A DNA stretch of 64,000 nt from a virus. Below the pieces are notes generated by a model. It saw only the letters and a program-made list of their open reading frames with translations. It was not told the DNA's origin and ran no database searches. How positions within the stretch are numbered: the stretch's first letter is position 1; every line of letters starts with the position of its first letter. Position numbers and translations under genes: made by a program. Location: IMG/VR virus record IMGVR_UViG_3300020171_000001, positions 1 through 64,000 of that record; one strand, 5' to 3'. This document shows positions 36,764 to 45,029 of the stretch, piece by piece.

Positions 36764-36980
36764 ATCCTGGGAGCGCGGACATCGCACCTTTTGGGATGGC
36801 AAAGTGTGGCGCTATAAGGACACGGGAGAGGCGGCGACGGGAAAACGCTCGTGTGCTCGTTGCGGGAAACCCCCTACAGGGGATGGGCACGATGCCTGCC
36901 TTGGCTGTGTTCCTGGGGCCACATCAGCCTGTTGTGGGCATGGCGTCCACAATCCTATTTGCTGCGTAATGAGTAGTTGA
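36756..36980 (+). CDS. Cys/His-rich cargo protein
   Basis: CARC...GHDACLG...ACCGHG. Confidence 0.7.
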   Translation: MAESWERGHRTFWDGKVWRYKDTGEAATGKRSCARCGKPPTGDGHDACLGCVPGATSACCGHGVHNPICCVMSS

Positions 36981-38180
36981 GTGATCCTCTCCCACAAAAT
37001 ACGGCTGATCCCATCTCCGGCCCAGGAAGACTACTTCCGACGGGCCTGTGGTACAGCCAGGTTCACGTACAACTGGGCACTGGCTGCTTGGAAGAAAGCC
37101 TACGAGGCGGGAGAGAAACCCAATGGGCGAAGCCTAAAGATCAATTTCAACGCTCTTCGGAAAGTTGAACTGCCCTGGACTTACGACGTTCACCGAGACT
37201 GTACTGCGGGTGCCTTTGACAATCTCCAAGGTGCCTTCCAACACTTCTTCAGGCGAGTGAAAGCGGGCGAGAAACCGGGCTATCCAAAGTTCAAGAAAAA
37301 GGGATTGGCGAAGGATAGCTTCAGCATCGCCAATGACAAGTTCAGCCTCGATGGCAAGAATATCCGGGTGCCCAAGTTGGGCTGGGTCAAGATGCGGGAG
37401 ACTCTTCGCTTCACTGGGAAGATCATGTCCGCCGTGGTGAGCCGAACGGCGGGCCAGTGGTTTGCGGCTATCGCTGTAGATACTGAAGTCATCTCCCAGC
37501 CCCCGAAAGCCAAAGGGGCTATTGGAGTTGATCTTGGGATCTCAGCATTGGCCACGATGTCCGATGGAAGGAAGGTTCAACATTCTAGCAAGTGGGGGAA
37601 TCTGGAGAAACAAGTCAGGCGACTTCAGAAATCCGTGAGCCGGAAACAAAAAGGATCTGCAAGTAGACGCAAAGCCGTAGGCAAGCTGGCTCGGAAGCAC
37701 CTGGAGTTAGCCAACCTCCGAAATGATCTGCTGCACAAAACCACAACAGACTTGGTGCAGGGGCACCAAGGGATTGTAATTGAAGATCTCAATGTCCGAG
37801 GAATGGTCAAGAACCATTGTCTGGCACGTTCCATCTCCCGACAGGGGTGGGCTGAGTTTCGTCGCCAGCTTGAGTACAAGTCCTCGATGCACGGCAGGGA
37901 TTTGGTAATTGCGGACAGGTATTACCCTTCGACGAAGACATGCTCGGGTTGCGGGGCGATCAAGCCTGTTGCTCTATCCGAACGTGTTTACAAGTGCCCT
38001 GTCTGTGGGTTGGCCATAGACAGGGATTTCAACGCAGCAATAAATCTTTCAAGACTACGGGCGGGTAGCTCGGATGTTAAGCCGGTGGAGATGGAAGCTC
38101 TGGCCAGTGGTAGTATCGCTGGTGAAACTGCTGTCTATGAAGCCGGAACAGGGAGTGGACCGCTTTGTCCAACTTCTTGA
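36981..38180 (+). CDS. tnpB: RNA-guided endonuclease TnpB
   Basis: RuvC D (GVDLG), E (IEDL), D (DRDFNAAINL); CSGC/CPVC Zn finger. Confidence 0.96.
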   Translation: MILSHKIRLIPSPAQEDYFRRACGTARFTYNWALAAWKKAYEAGEKPNGRSLKINFNALRKVELPWTYDVHRDCTAGAFDNLQGAFQHFFRRVKAGEKPGYPKFKKKGLAKDSFSIANDKFSLDGKNIRVPKLGWVKMRETLRFTGKIMSAVVSRTAGQWFAAIAVDTEVISQPPKAKGAIGVDLGISALATMSDGRKVQHSSKWGNLEKQVRRLQKSVSRKQKGSASRRKAVGKLARKHLELANLRNDLLHKTTTDLVQGHQGIVIEDLNVRGMVKNHCLARSISRQGWAEFRRQLEYKSSMHGRDLVIADRYYPSTKTCSGCGAIKPVALSERVYKCPVCGLAIDRDFNAAINLSRLRAGSSDVKPVEMEALASGSIAGETAVYEAGTGSGPLCPTS

Positions 38181-38433
38181 AACCAGCTGTCAGAGATGCT
38201 GGAAGCTCTTCGACATGGGGATCCGCAGAGCAAAAGCATTCCGGGTTTCACACACGTCGCTGAGGAAGCGGCTGACCTCATGATCCGGCTGCTGGACTTC
38301 TGCGGCGCTCGGGGTATTCCGTTGGGTGCAGCTGTTCTGGCCAAGCATGCCTTCAACCAGACCCGCCCGCGCAAGCACGGCAAAGCATTTTAATCGCGGG
38401 CCTGCGGGCCCGCGGGTCCAGCGCAGCCCTTTG

Positions 38434-38473
38434 AAAAAAAATAGTTGACGTGCCCTGCCCCGTCGGGCACACT
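38434..38473 (+). promoter_or_regulatory. sigma70-like promoter with A-tract UP element
   Basis: A8, TTGACG-N17-CACACT; GTGCCC/GGGCAC inverted repeat spans the spacer. Confidence 0.65.
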
Positions 38474-38479
38474 TCTGGG

Positions 38480-38900
38480 GTTCATCAGTGGCGGGTGCGG
38501 GTTGGGGCGGCCGGTAGCCCGGGCGCCTTCCGATGTGGGCAAGCGCGGAGCAGCTTCGGCTGCCCTGAGGCTCCCAGTGAGGTCCGCACCGGTCCCAGTA
38601 AACCCTTCGGGGGCTACTGAGACGCCATGCAGCGATGCTTCAGGACAAAGCTCACCTGATATGGCATCGAGGCTAAGGCGCCAGGGACGCCAAGCGCTTG
38701 CGCTTGACACCGAGCTTTTTGCTGGTGGAACGCGAACGGGGGCGCAGCGGTTTGGAGGGCACGGGTGCCAGGCGAGTTCTGCAAGCCCGGCTCTCCGCCA
38801 AAAGCCCTGGTTAGCCTTCGGGCGCCGGGGACAAAGCCCGCTGTAGCCCAGTAGACTCAAGGGAAGCCATGTTGGTCCGCGAGGCCCTTCAGGGCTTTTT
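38480..38900 (+). ncRNA. candidate ~400-nt structured non-coding RNA
   Basis: three cUUCGg-capped hairpins and several other stems; flanked by promoter and terminator; no credible RBS/ORF. Confidence 0.65.
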
Positions 38901-38907
38901 CTTTTTC
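38881..38907 (+). terminator. intrinsic terminator
   Basis: GAGGCCC-TTCA-GGGCTTT followed by TTCTTTTT. Confidence 0.8.
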
Positions 38908-38920
38908 TGTGCTTGTCCAG

Positions 38921-38972
38921 CGTCTGTCGCTGTTTGCCGCTGTTTGCCGCTGTTTGTCGCTGTTTGTCGCTT
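38921..38972. repeat. 10-bp tandem repeat (GCTGTTTGYC), ~5 copies; probable operator
   Basis: abuts -35 of RHH promoter. Confidence 0.85.
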
Positions 38973-38977
38973 TGCGG

Positions 38978-39006
38978 TTGACAAACCATGCCATCGTCGC
39001 TACTCT
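38978..39006 (+). promoter_or_regulatory. sigma70-like promoter
   Basis: TTGACA-N17-TACTCT. Confidence 0.75.
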
Positions 39007-39047
39007 CTCCGAAAGCGCCAAACACCGCTGAAGATGGAGCGCATCGA

Positions 39048-39248
39048 ATGGCAACGCAACAAGTCGCATTTCGCATCCCGGAAGATATGCTCACCGAGGT
39101 AGACCAGGTCGCTGCTTGGATGGCCGCGAGCAACCCTGGGGTGCGGGTCACCCGGGCCGACGTGATTCGGTACCTCCTGGCTCGCGGGCTCAAGGCTCTG
39201 GATCGGCAGAAGCGCGGCCGCGTCCAGATACAGGAGGACCGGTCATGA
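39048..39248 (+). CDS. ribbon-helix-helix protein
   Basis: QVAFRIPEDMLTEVD...TRADVIRYLLARGL. Confidence 0.85.
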   Translation: MATQQVAFRIPEDMLTEVDQVAAWMAASNPGVRVTRADVIRYLLARGLKALDRQKRGRVQIQEDRS

Positions 39249-39652
39249 CCCGTTTGCCGCAAGCGCTGCTCTGCGTCGTCGCCGCCTTTGCCGGCGGGGT
39301 AGCGGCGCAGTGCGGTAGTGATCCCCGCAGCTTCGGATCCGATGGTCTGCCTGACGCGGGAACCGACAGTAGTTCAAAGCCCGGGGTGGGCCAGCGATAC
39401 GACTACACGTTCGCGCTTCAGCCAAACATACCCAAAGAAGTCTGCCCCCCAGCAGGCGCGCCACCGGATAAGTTCCCCGTAATACAGCAGTGGGTTTGGC
39501 TGCGCTCCGGAATCGGCCCTGCCTACCTCAATCGTTGGCTCTTGCTGGATTGGGCGTCCGTTCGACAATCCACGAACGCCGGGTGTCTCACCGTGTCGGT
39601 TTCCAACAACTCAACAGATGCTCATGATGTTCACCTGGTCTTGATCTACTGA
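39245..39652 (+). CDS. secreted/lipoprotein-like protein
   Basis: N-terminal signal peptide, then CGS and PDAG linker. Confidence 0.65.
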   Translation: MTRLPQALLCVVAAFAGGVAAQCGSDPRSFGSDGLPDAGTDSSSKPGVGQRYDYTFALQPNIPKEVCPPAGAPPDKFPVIQQWVWLRSGIGPAYLNRWLLLDWASVRQSTNAGCLTVSVSNNSTDAHDVHLVLIY

Positions 39653-39727
39653 CGGCAGAGCCATGACGACCGATCAATGCCAGTACGCAGTGTGCATCCA
39701 TGAGACGCAGAAGTCCGGAGGCCGCTA

Positions 39728-40252
39728 ATGCGCGAAAGACGCTACCAGGTTTTGTACCACTCCGGGATCGACCAGTACGTCGGGGACAAGGGCTTCGGCG
39801 TGCACGTGGCAGACGTGGACCGTGCGCAGCCATGGCCCCTGGGGCACTTCCAGGGAGACCGCTACGAGGTCCACCGGATGCCTTCCTGGGCTCTGCAAGT
39901 CTGGCCGACGCTGGGTGGAGGCTTGCCAGGGACGCAGCCCTCATGCATTCGGACGGTCTATGACGTCCGGGAGCACACCTTTGCCTCCTGGACGGACCCG
40001 GCGCTGTGGCGGGTTGCTCGCCATGCCGCTTGGGCCTTCTGTGAACGCTGCCAAAGGCTCCGAGACGGTGGCGCAGATGTGGACTATCCCACGCAGGTCC
40101 TGGACTTGCCAGATGCGGAGCGACCGCAGCTCGCCCGGGCCCTCGTGAGCCTGGAGAGCGCGCTTCGGGGCCCCGGGGAGGTCCACGACGATGTACGGAG
40201 GGCCACCGCGGATATCCTCGGCGAGCTACTGATGCTAATCGAGAGGAGCTGA
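39728..40252 (+). CDS. hypothetical protein
   Basis: RBS GGAGG. Confidence 0.7.
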   Translation: MRERRYQVLYHSGIDQYVGDKGFGVHVADVDRAQPWPLGHFQGDRYEVHRMPSWALQVWPTLGGGLPGTQPSCIRTVYDVREHTFASWTDPALWRVARHAAWAFCERCQRLRDGGADVDYPTQVLDLPDAERPQLARALVSLESALRGPGEVHDDVRRATADILGELLMLIERS

Positions 40253-40255
40253 ACG

Positions 40256-40579
40256 ATGTCAAAGGCACGCGCGCAGGCTGTTGCACGAGACGCCCAACGT
40301 CTTGCAGTCCAACTCGGGATCCGAGATCCGTCGGAGCAGATCCGGTGGGCCAAGAAGCTTCTTGACTGGTGCAAGCTCCAGCCCGGCGCCGACGTGGCTG
40401 GGTTGAAAGCCGCGGAGCACGTCCTCGGGTTACATCTCGAGGGCGGGGAGGGCCGGGCGATGAAGAAGCACATCACAAAGGACGACGGAGATTGCGTGTC
40501 CTGGTGCCCCGCTTGCGGTCCTGCCTGCAAGCACGGAGAGAACTCCAAGGAGTGCACCAAGTGCGAGACGGAACGCTGA
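40256..40579 (+). CDS. hypothetical protein with Cys-rich C-terminus
   Basis: RBS GAGGAG. Confidence 0.6.
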   Translation: MSKARAQAVARDAQRLAVQLGIRDPSEQIRWAKKLLDWCKLQPGADVAGLKAAEHVLGLHLEGGEGRAMKKHITKDDGDCVSWCPACGPACKHGENSKECTKCETER

Positions 40580-40796
40580 TGCCCGGGAACAGCAACAGAT
40601 AAGCCGATCACAGCGGCTCAGGCTCCGCGTTGCCATGAATTCCGCAGACTGCGCAAGGCCCTGGCAGGCGCAGGAGGGGGCATCGGGTCTCGCCCCAAGT
40701 CACAGCAAAAGGACGACCGTGGCTCCCGCTGAATAAGGAGAGCATCGGGCAACCTCGGCAATGCCAGATTCGGGGCCTTGTGATACCTTGGGGTGC

Positions 40797-42614
40797 ATGA
40801 GAACGAGCGTAAAGCCCATCATCGGAATCGACCTGGGGACCACGCACACGGTCATGGCCTGCGTGGACGAGCTGGAAGGGCCCGCGCGGGTCGTGGCGAT
40901 TCCGCAGGTGACGGGGCCCGGAGTCGTGGAGTCCCGGGACGTACTGCCCTCCTTCATCTACCTGGCGGCTGGACCCGAGCTGCCGCCCGGGGCCCTGCGC
41001 CTGCCGTGGTCGGAAAGCGGTCGTGACTACGTCGTGGGTGAACTGGCCCGGTCGCAGGGCTCTGCGGTGCCAACCCGTCTGGTAGCGTCAGCCAAGTCGT
41101 GGCTGTGCCACCCAGGTGTGGACCGCACGGCGCCTGTGCTGCCGTGGCGGGCCCCGGCAGACGTGGCAGGCATCTCTCCCTTGGACGCCACCACGCGCAT
41201 CCTGGAGCACCTCCGAAGCGCCTGGGGCCATGCCCACGGGCACGGGCACGTCGCTGCGGGGGCCGCGCTGGGTGCGTCGGGTTCGCTCTTGAGCGATCTG
41301 GACGTGTTCTTGACTGTGCCGGCGTCCTTCGACGCGGTGGCTCGAGAGATGACCATGACCGCGGCCCACCGGGCAGGTCTGGAACGGGTCACCCTGCTGG
41401 AAGAGCCCCAGGCCGCTTTCTATGCTTGGCTCGCCGCAACCGGGGAGACATGGCGGGACCTACTGAAGGTCGGGGACGTGGCGCTGGTGTGCGACGTGGG
41501 TGGGGGAACCACTGACTTCTCCCTCATCGAAGTGGCGAGCCGGGGCGGGGACCTCGCTCTGGAACGCGTGGCGGTAGGCGACCACCTGATGCTGGGCGGC
41601 GACAACATGGACCTAGCCCTGGCGCACGTCCTGGCGGCTCGCCTCGGGGGCGGCTTGGACGCTTGGCAAGCCCGTTCCCTGTGGATCGTGGCTCGGGATG
41701 CCAAGGAGCAGCTCCTGGCAGATCCAGAGCGTCTGTCGGCGCCGGTGACCGTGCTGGGACGCGGATCCCGTGTCGTGGGCAAAGCAGTGACCACTGAGCT
41801 CACGCAGGCCGATGTGCAGCAGGTGATCCTGGACGGTTTCTTCCCACGGTGCACTGCAGATGCCCGGCCGGTCGTGGGCCGGCGCTCCGGTATTCAGGAG
41901 GCGGGGCTGCCCTACGCCTCGGACCCGGCGGTTACGCGGCACCTCGCCCGGTTCGTGGGGGACCATGGCAAGATGCCTACAGCCATCCTGTTCAACGGGG
42001 GCGTGATGAAGGCCGCAGCGCTTCGCCAACGGATCGCTGAGGTGCTGGAAAGCTGGATGCCCGACTCAGGGACTCTCCGAGTCCTCGAGAGCGTGAGCCT
42101 GGACTTGGCCGTGGCGCAGGGCGCTGCAGTCTACGGCCGGGTGCGCCAGAGCGGCAAGGGCGTTCGGATTCGGGGCGGGACGGCTCGGTCGTACTACCTC
42201 GGCATCGAGGGCGCCATGCCAGCGATCCCAGGCCTCCCGCCGCCGCTCAAGGCCCTGTGCGTGGTGCCCTTCGGCATGGAGGAAGGCACCGAGGCCGATG
42301 TGCCGGGGCCCGAGCTGGCCCTGGTGGTGGGCGAACCGGCCGAGTTCCGATTTCTGTCCTCCACGGTGCGCAAAGACGATGGACTGGGCGCTCTGTTGGA
42401 AACCTGGTCTTCGCAGGAAATCAAGGAGCTGGCACCCGTCAGGGCCGCGATGGAGGGCCCGGGCAGCGCCACGGTCCTGGTCACACTGCATGCCCGGGTC
42501 ACCGAGGTAGGCACCCTGGAGCTCGAGCTGCGCTCGCTGCAGGATGACCATGTCTGGAAGCTGGAATACTCAGTGCGGGAGCAGCAGGACACGGCTCCGC
42601 CCATTGGCTCGTAG
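40797..42614 (+). CDS. Hsp70-family protein (atypical DnaK-like)
   Basis: IGIDLGTTHT, TVPASFD, LLEEPQAA, DVGGGTTD, GGDNMD, LFNGG. Confidence 0.93.
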   Translation: MRTSVKPIIGIDLGTTHTVMACVDELEGPARVVAIPQVTGPGVVESRDVLPSFIYLAAGPELPPGALRLPWSESGRDYVVGELARSQGSAVPTRLVASAKSWLCHPGVDRTAPVLPWRAPADVAGISPLDATTRILEHLRSAWGHAHGHGHVAAGAALGASGSLLSDLDVFLTVPASFDAVAREMTMTAAHRAGLERVTLLEEPQAAFYAWLAATGETWRDLLKVGDVALVCDVGGGTTDFSLIEVASRGGDLALERVAVGDHLMLGGDNMDLALAHVLAARLGGGLDAWQARSLWIVARDAKEQLLADPERLSAPVTVLGRGSRVVGKAVTTELTQADVQQVILDGFFPRCTADARPVVGRRSGIQEAGLPYASDPAVTRHLARFVGDHGKMPTAILFNGGVMKAAALRQRIAEVLESWMPDSGTLRVLESVSLDLAVAQGAAVYGRVRQSGKGVRIRGGTARSYYLGIEGAMPAIPGLPPPLKALCVVPFGMEEGTEADVPGPELALVVGEPAEFRFLSSTVRKDDGLGALLETWSSQEIKELAPVRAAMEGPGSATVLVTLHARVTEVGTLELELRSLQDDHVWKLEYSVREQQDTAPPIGS

Positions 42615-42684
42615 CGTAGAAAGCGCTGGGAGCCACTGCCAGCTAGTATCCGGCGATCAGAGCCGGGTGTCCAGAGTAATCTGC

Positions 42685-42845
42685 TTGACGCCGAAGACCG
42701 CCGCCGGGTAGGGTTTCCCTGGCATGTCAGGCATGTCAGGCCACGGGCCACGGGCCAAATGCCTGGCGTTCAATCCAGCGAGAAAAGGGGCTTGACAAGG
42801 GCCTGCGGAGGATGTACAAACTCCTGTATGTCATGCATGTCATGG
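42685..42845 (+). promoter_or_regulatory. tandem sigma70-like promoters with inverted CATG-repeat operators
   Basis: TTGACG (42685) and TTGACA-N17-TACAAA (42792); GGCATGTCAGGCATGTCAGG and GTATGTCATGCATGTCATG. Confidence 0.6.
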
Positions 42846-43384
42846 AACAGCAAAAAGCAAAGCGGAGGTCGACGATGAGCCGGGGTCAGAAGCGCGCATT
42901 TCAACGCCGCGTTGCAGAGCATGCCAAGCGCTTGCTCAAGAGCACCGTCTCTGGGGAGTTTCGGGGGGCCCTGGACGGCGCCGACCAGAGGTATCTCAGC
43001 CAGTGCATGTTCGCGGATGCCGAGGGCGGCCTGGGCATTCTGCTCACTCGGGACTGCGTGGGGGGCCAGCGGTTCTTGCATCTGTGCATCTCTCCTGTTC
43101 CTGGGGAGACCACGGTGATCGACAGGGACGCCGAGCGCGCGTGGCTGATGGCCGTGTTCGGAGACAACCTGGATCGCGTCTGGGGCGAACATGCTCGAAG
43201 CACCCCGGGGCAGCACCGAGGCATGAGGCACTGGCGTCTCCCCTGCGATGAAACCGCGGACTGGAATGCGACGGAGTTGGACGCTGCAGTGGCTACTGAG
43301 TTCCGGAGGCGCAGGGCTCGCCCGGCCCTGGAAATTCTCGCAGTGGTCGACCAGGCCCGTGATGGCAGAGCAAGTCCATCATAG
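42842..43384 (+). CDS. hypothetical protein
   Basis: LLTRD...LHLCIS...HWRL. Confidence 0.65.
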   Translation: MEQQKAKRRSTMSRGQKRAFQRRVAEHAKRLLKSTVSGEFRGALDGADQRYLSQCMFADAEGGLGILLTRDCVGGQRFLHLCISPVPGETTVIDRDAERAWLMAVFGDNLDRVWGEHARSTPGQHRGMRHWRLPCDETADWNATELDAAVATEFRRRRARPALEILAVVDQARDGRASPS

Positions 43385-43419
43385 TTCTTGTTTCTCGTGG
43401 GCCCGGAGTCCGCGAGGTC

Positions 43420-43457
43420 CCACGGAGTTCCACGGAGTTCCACGGAGTTCCACGGAG
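43420..43457. repeat. 10-bp tandem repeat (CCACGGAGTT), ~4 copies
   Basis: direct reading; last unit supplies GGAGG RBS. Confidence 0.9.
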
Positions 43458-43464
43458 GCGGGCA

Positions 43465-44139
43465 ATGCGAGTACCTGACGATAGCGTGCGCCGATCCACG
43501 TTTGCGTTCCTCCGGGAGCATGCATTCGCTGGTCTACTGCAGGCAGTACAGCGCATACGAGACGATGTCCCTGGGGCTCTCCAGAACCCCGGGGTGGACC
43601 TGGACCTGATCGATTTCCATCGGTGCTACGTGGAGCGACGGCAGGCCGTGATTGACGCGCTGAACCGAGACCTAGCGGCTGAAGACGCTGTGTTTGCGCT
43701 GCTGCTCCACGAGTGGCTCGTCCCGCAGTCTCGGGGGGACACCGTGGACGCAGTGGGTCTTGACGCGCGTCTAGCTCTGCTAGCCTGCGAAGGCCTACGT
43801 GGGTCGAAGCAGACGAGCTCCGTAGTTGCGCCCGAGGCGGCACCGATGACAGCGAGATCTGCGGCAAAGCCCGCGGGCTCGCCTGGGGCCCGGTCCCAGG
43901 CCACGGCGGACTCGGGTGCATACTCGGAGGGCGACTGGGAAGAGGCTCTGGGCGCCATTGAGGAGGCCCTCGGCCTTCTGGACGATCTGCCTGAGCGCGC
44001 TGCCGGGTTCCGCGTGGGTGTGGAGGAGAAGTTGACTAGCATCGCAGAGTGGATCGTGGACAACGAGCATGTGACCGGGGCCCAATGCGATGCCATCAGC
44101 AACATGCTGAGGGGGGTCAACAAGTGGCTGCACCGATAG
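43465..44139 (+). CDS. hypothetical protein
   Basis: 224 aa. Confidence 0.7.
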   Translation: MRVPDDSVRRSTFAFLREHAFAGLLQAVQRIRDDVPGALQNPGVDLDLIDFHRCYVERRQAVIDALNRDLAAEDAVFALLLHEWLVPQSRGDTVDAVGLDARLALLACEGLRGSKQTSSVVAPEAAPMTARSAAKPAGSPGARSQATADSGAYSEGDWEEALGAIEEALGLLDDLPERAAGFRVGVEEKLTSIAEWIVDNEHVTGAQCDAISNMLRGVNKWLHR

Positions 44140-44747
44140 CAACAGAAGCGCAAAGACTGCTGCAAGACCTGAAAGAGCGCGCACTTGCAGCCTTCTGCGA
44201 GCACCGAGTCACGCAGGTTGGTCCGGGGCACTGGGTCTTCCGGCGGCTTGGCACAGGCGCATTCTACGTGGAAGTTGTGGCCCTGACAGGATGCGGGCAC
44301 CTGCTTGTCGCCGGCGACATCGACACGTGCGCATTCAGTACCTTCTCGCGGCCCCGGGAGGCAACTGACGAGGATCTGGCGTTGGCCATGCTCCGGTGGA
44401 TCGGCGGGCAGACTTCTCCGTCAGGATACGTGGAGGAGAAGGCCCGGATCGGCCTGACAGACCGTGGCCAGCTCGCCCAGGTCTACGAGTCGGAAGTGGC
44501 CCGCGAGGAGATCCAGGGGCTTCTACGCGAGGAAGACGACGAGGACCGCCGCGGGGTCTTCGCCGAGGCTCTGCACTACACCGATGAGCGCCAGCCGCTC
44601 CTGACGTTTCTGTACGAAGCGACGGGGGACGCTGAGCTGGTTTCTGACCTTGGCATGGTCACCAGCCCGCGCGTGATTTGGGCATGGGCGGCGGTGCGCC
44701 AGCTCATGCTGGCACTGGTAGAGGTTGAGGCTGAGGCTGGGACGTAG
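44124..44747 (+). CDS. phage hypothetical protein
   Basis: FRRLGTG...LLVAGDID...GYVEEK. Confidence 0.65.
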   Translation: MAAPIATEAQRLLQDLKERALAAFCEHRVTQVGPGHWVFRRLGTGAFYVEVVALTGCGHLLVAGDIDTCAFSTFSRPREATDEDLALAMLRWIGGQTSPSGYVEEKARIGLTDRGQLAQVYESEVAREEIQGLLREEDDEDRRGVFAEALHYTDERQPLLTFLYEATGDAELVSDLGMVTSPRVIWAWAAVRQLMLALVEVEAEAGT

Positions 44748-44773
44748 AATCTAGCAGAGGGCTTATTCAGCCC

Positions 44774-44803
44774 TTGACAAGGCCCTTTTGCAGGAGATAT
44801 CAT
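44774..44803 (+). promoter_or_regulatory. sigma70-like promoter
   Basis: TTGACA-N18-TATCAT, overlapping RBS and start codon. Confidence 0.5.
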
Positions 44804-45029
44804 GGCATCCAGGAGCAAGAAGAAAGGCGGGGAAGAGAAGACCGGTGGGACTGCACCCAAGGCTCGAAGTCATCGGGTGCCCAACGTAGTACGGAACACG
44901 AAGGTGAACCTGCTCGACCGGCACATCCAATGGCTGGAGGGCCAAGCGCAGGAACGCGGCTGCTCGCGGTCGCAGGTCCTGCGGGACCTGATCGACAGGC
45001 TAATGAACTGCGCGTGGGACACGCCATGA
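44802..45029 (+). CDS. ribbon-helix-helix (CopG-like) protein
   Basis: TKVNLLDRHIQWLEGQAQERGCSRSQVLRDLID. Confidence 0.82.
   Translation: MASRSKKKGGEEKTGGTAPKARSHRVPNVVRNTKVNLLDRHIQWLEGQAQERGCSRSQVLRDLIDRLMNCAWDTP

Larger units (their letters stand above)
35952..38186 (+). mobile_element. IS607-family element (tnpA + tnpB + two extra ORFs)
   Basis: lower GC; AG dinucleotide at both junctions; subterminal inverted motif CAAGAA(A)GTTGGA(T/C)AAA; removal restores mazG. Confidence 0.9.
35871..38393 (+). pseudogene. MazG-like nucleotide pyrophosphohydrolase split by IS607 element (35871-35951 + 38187-38393)
   Basis: rejoined in frame: ...FPEMLHVAALE|LSEMLEALRHG...EEAADLMIRLLD...NQTRPRKHGKAF, 95 aa. 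Confidence 0.82.

Noticed and set aside
35952-38186. IStron (self-splicing group I intron)
   Set aside because: Only ~70 nt precede the first ORF, no P7 core was seen and the upstream exon ends in G rather than U.
38480-38900. tmRNA, group II intron or the 133-aa ORF 38445..38846
   Set aside because: No tRNA-like termini and no proper domain V. The ORF starts at the -35 TTG with no RBS and has shadow-like composition.
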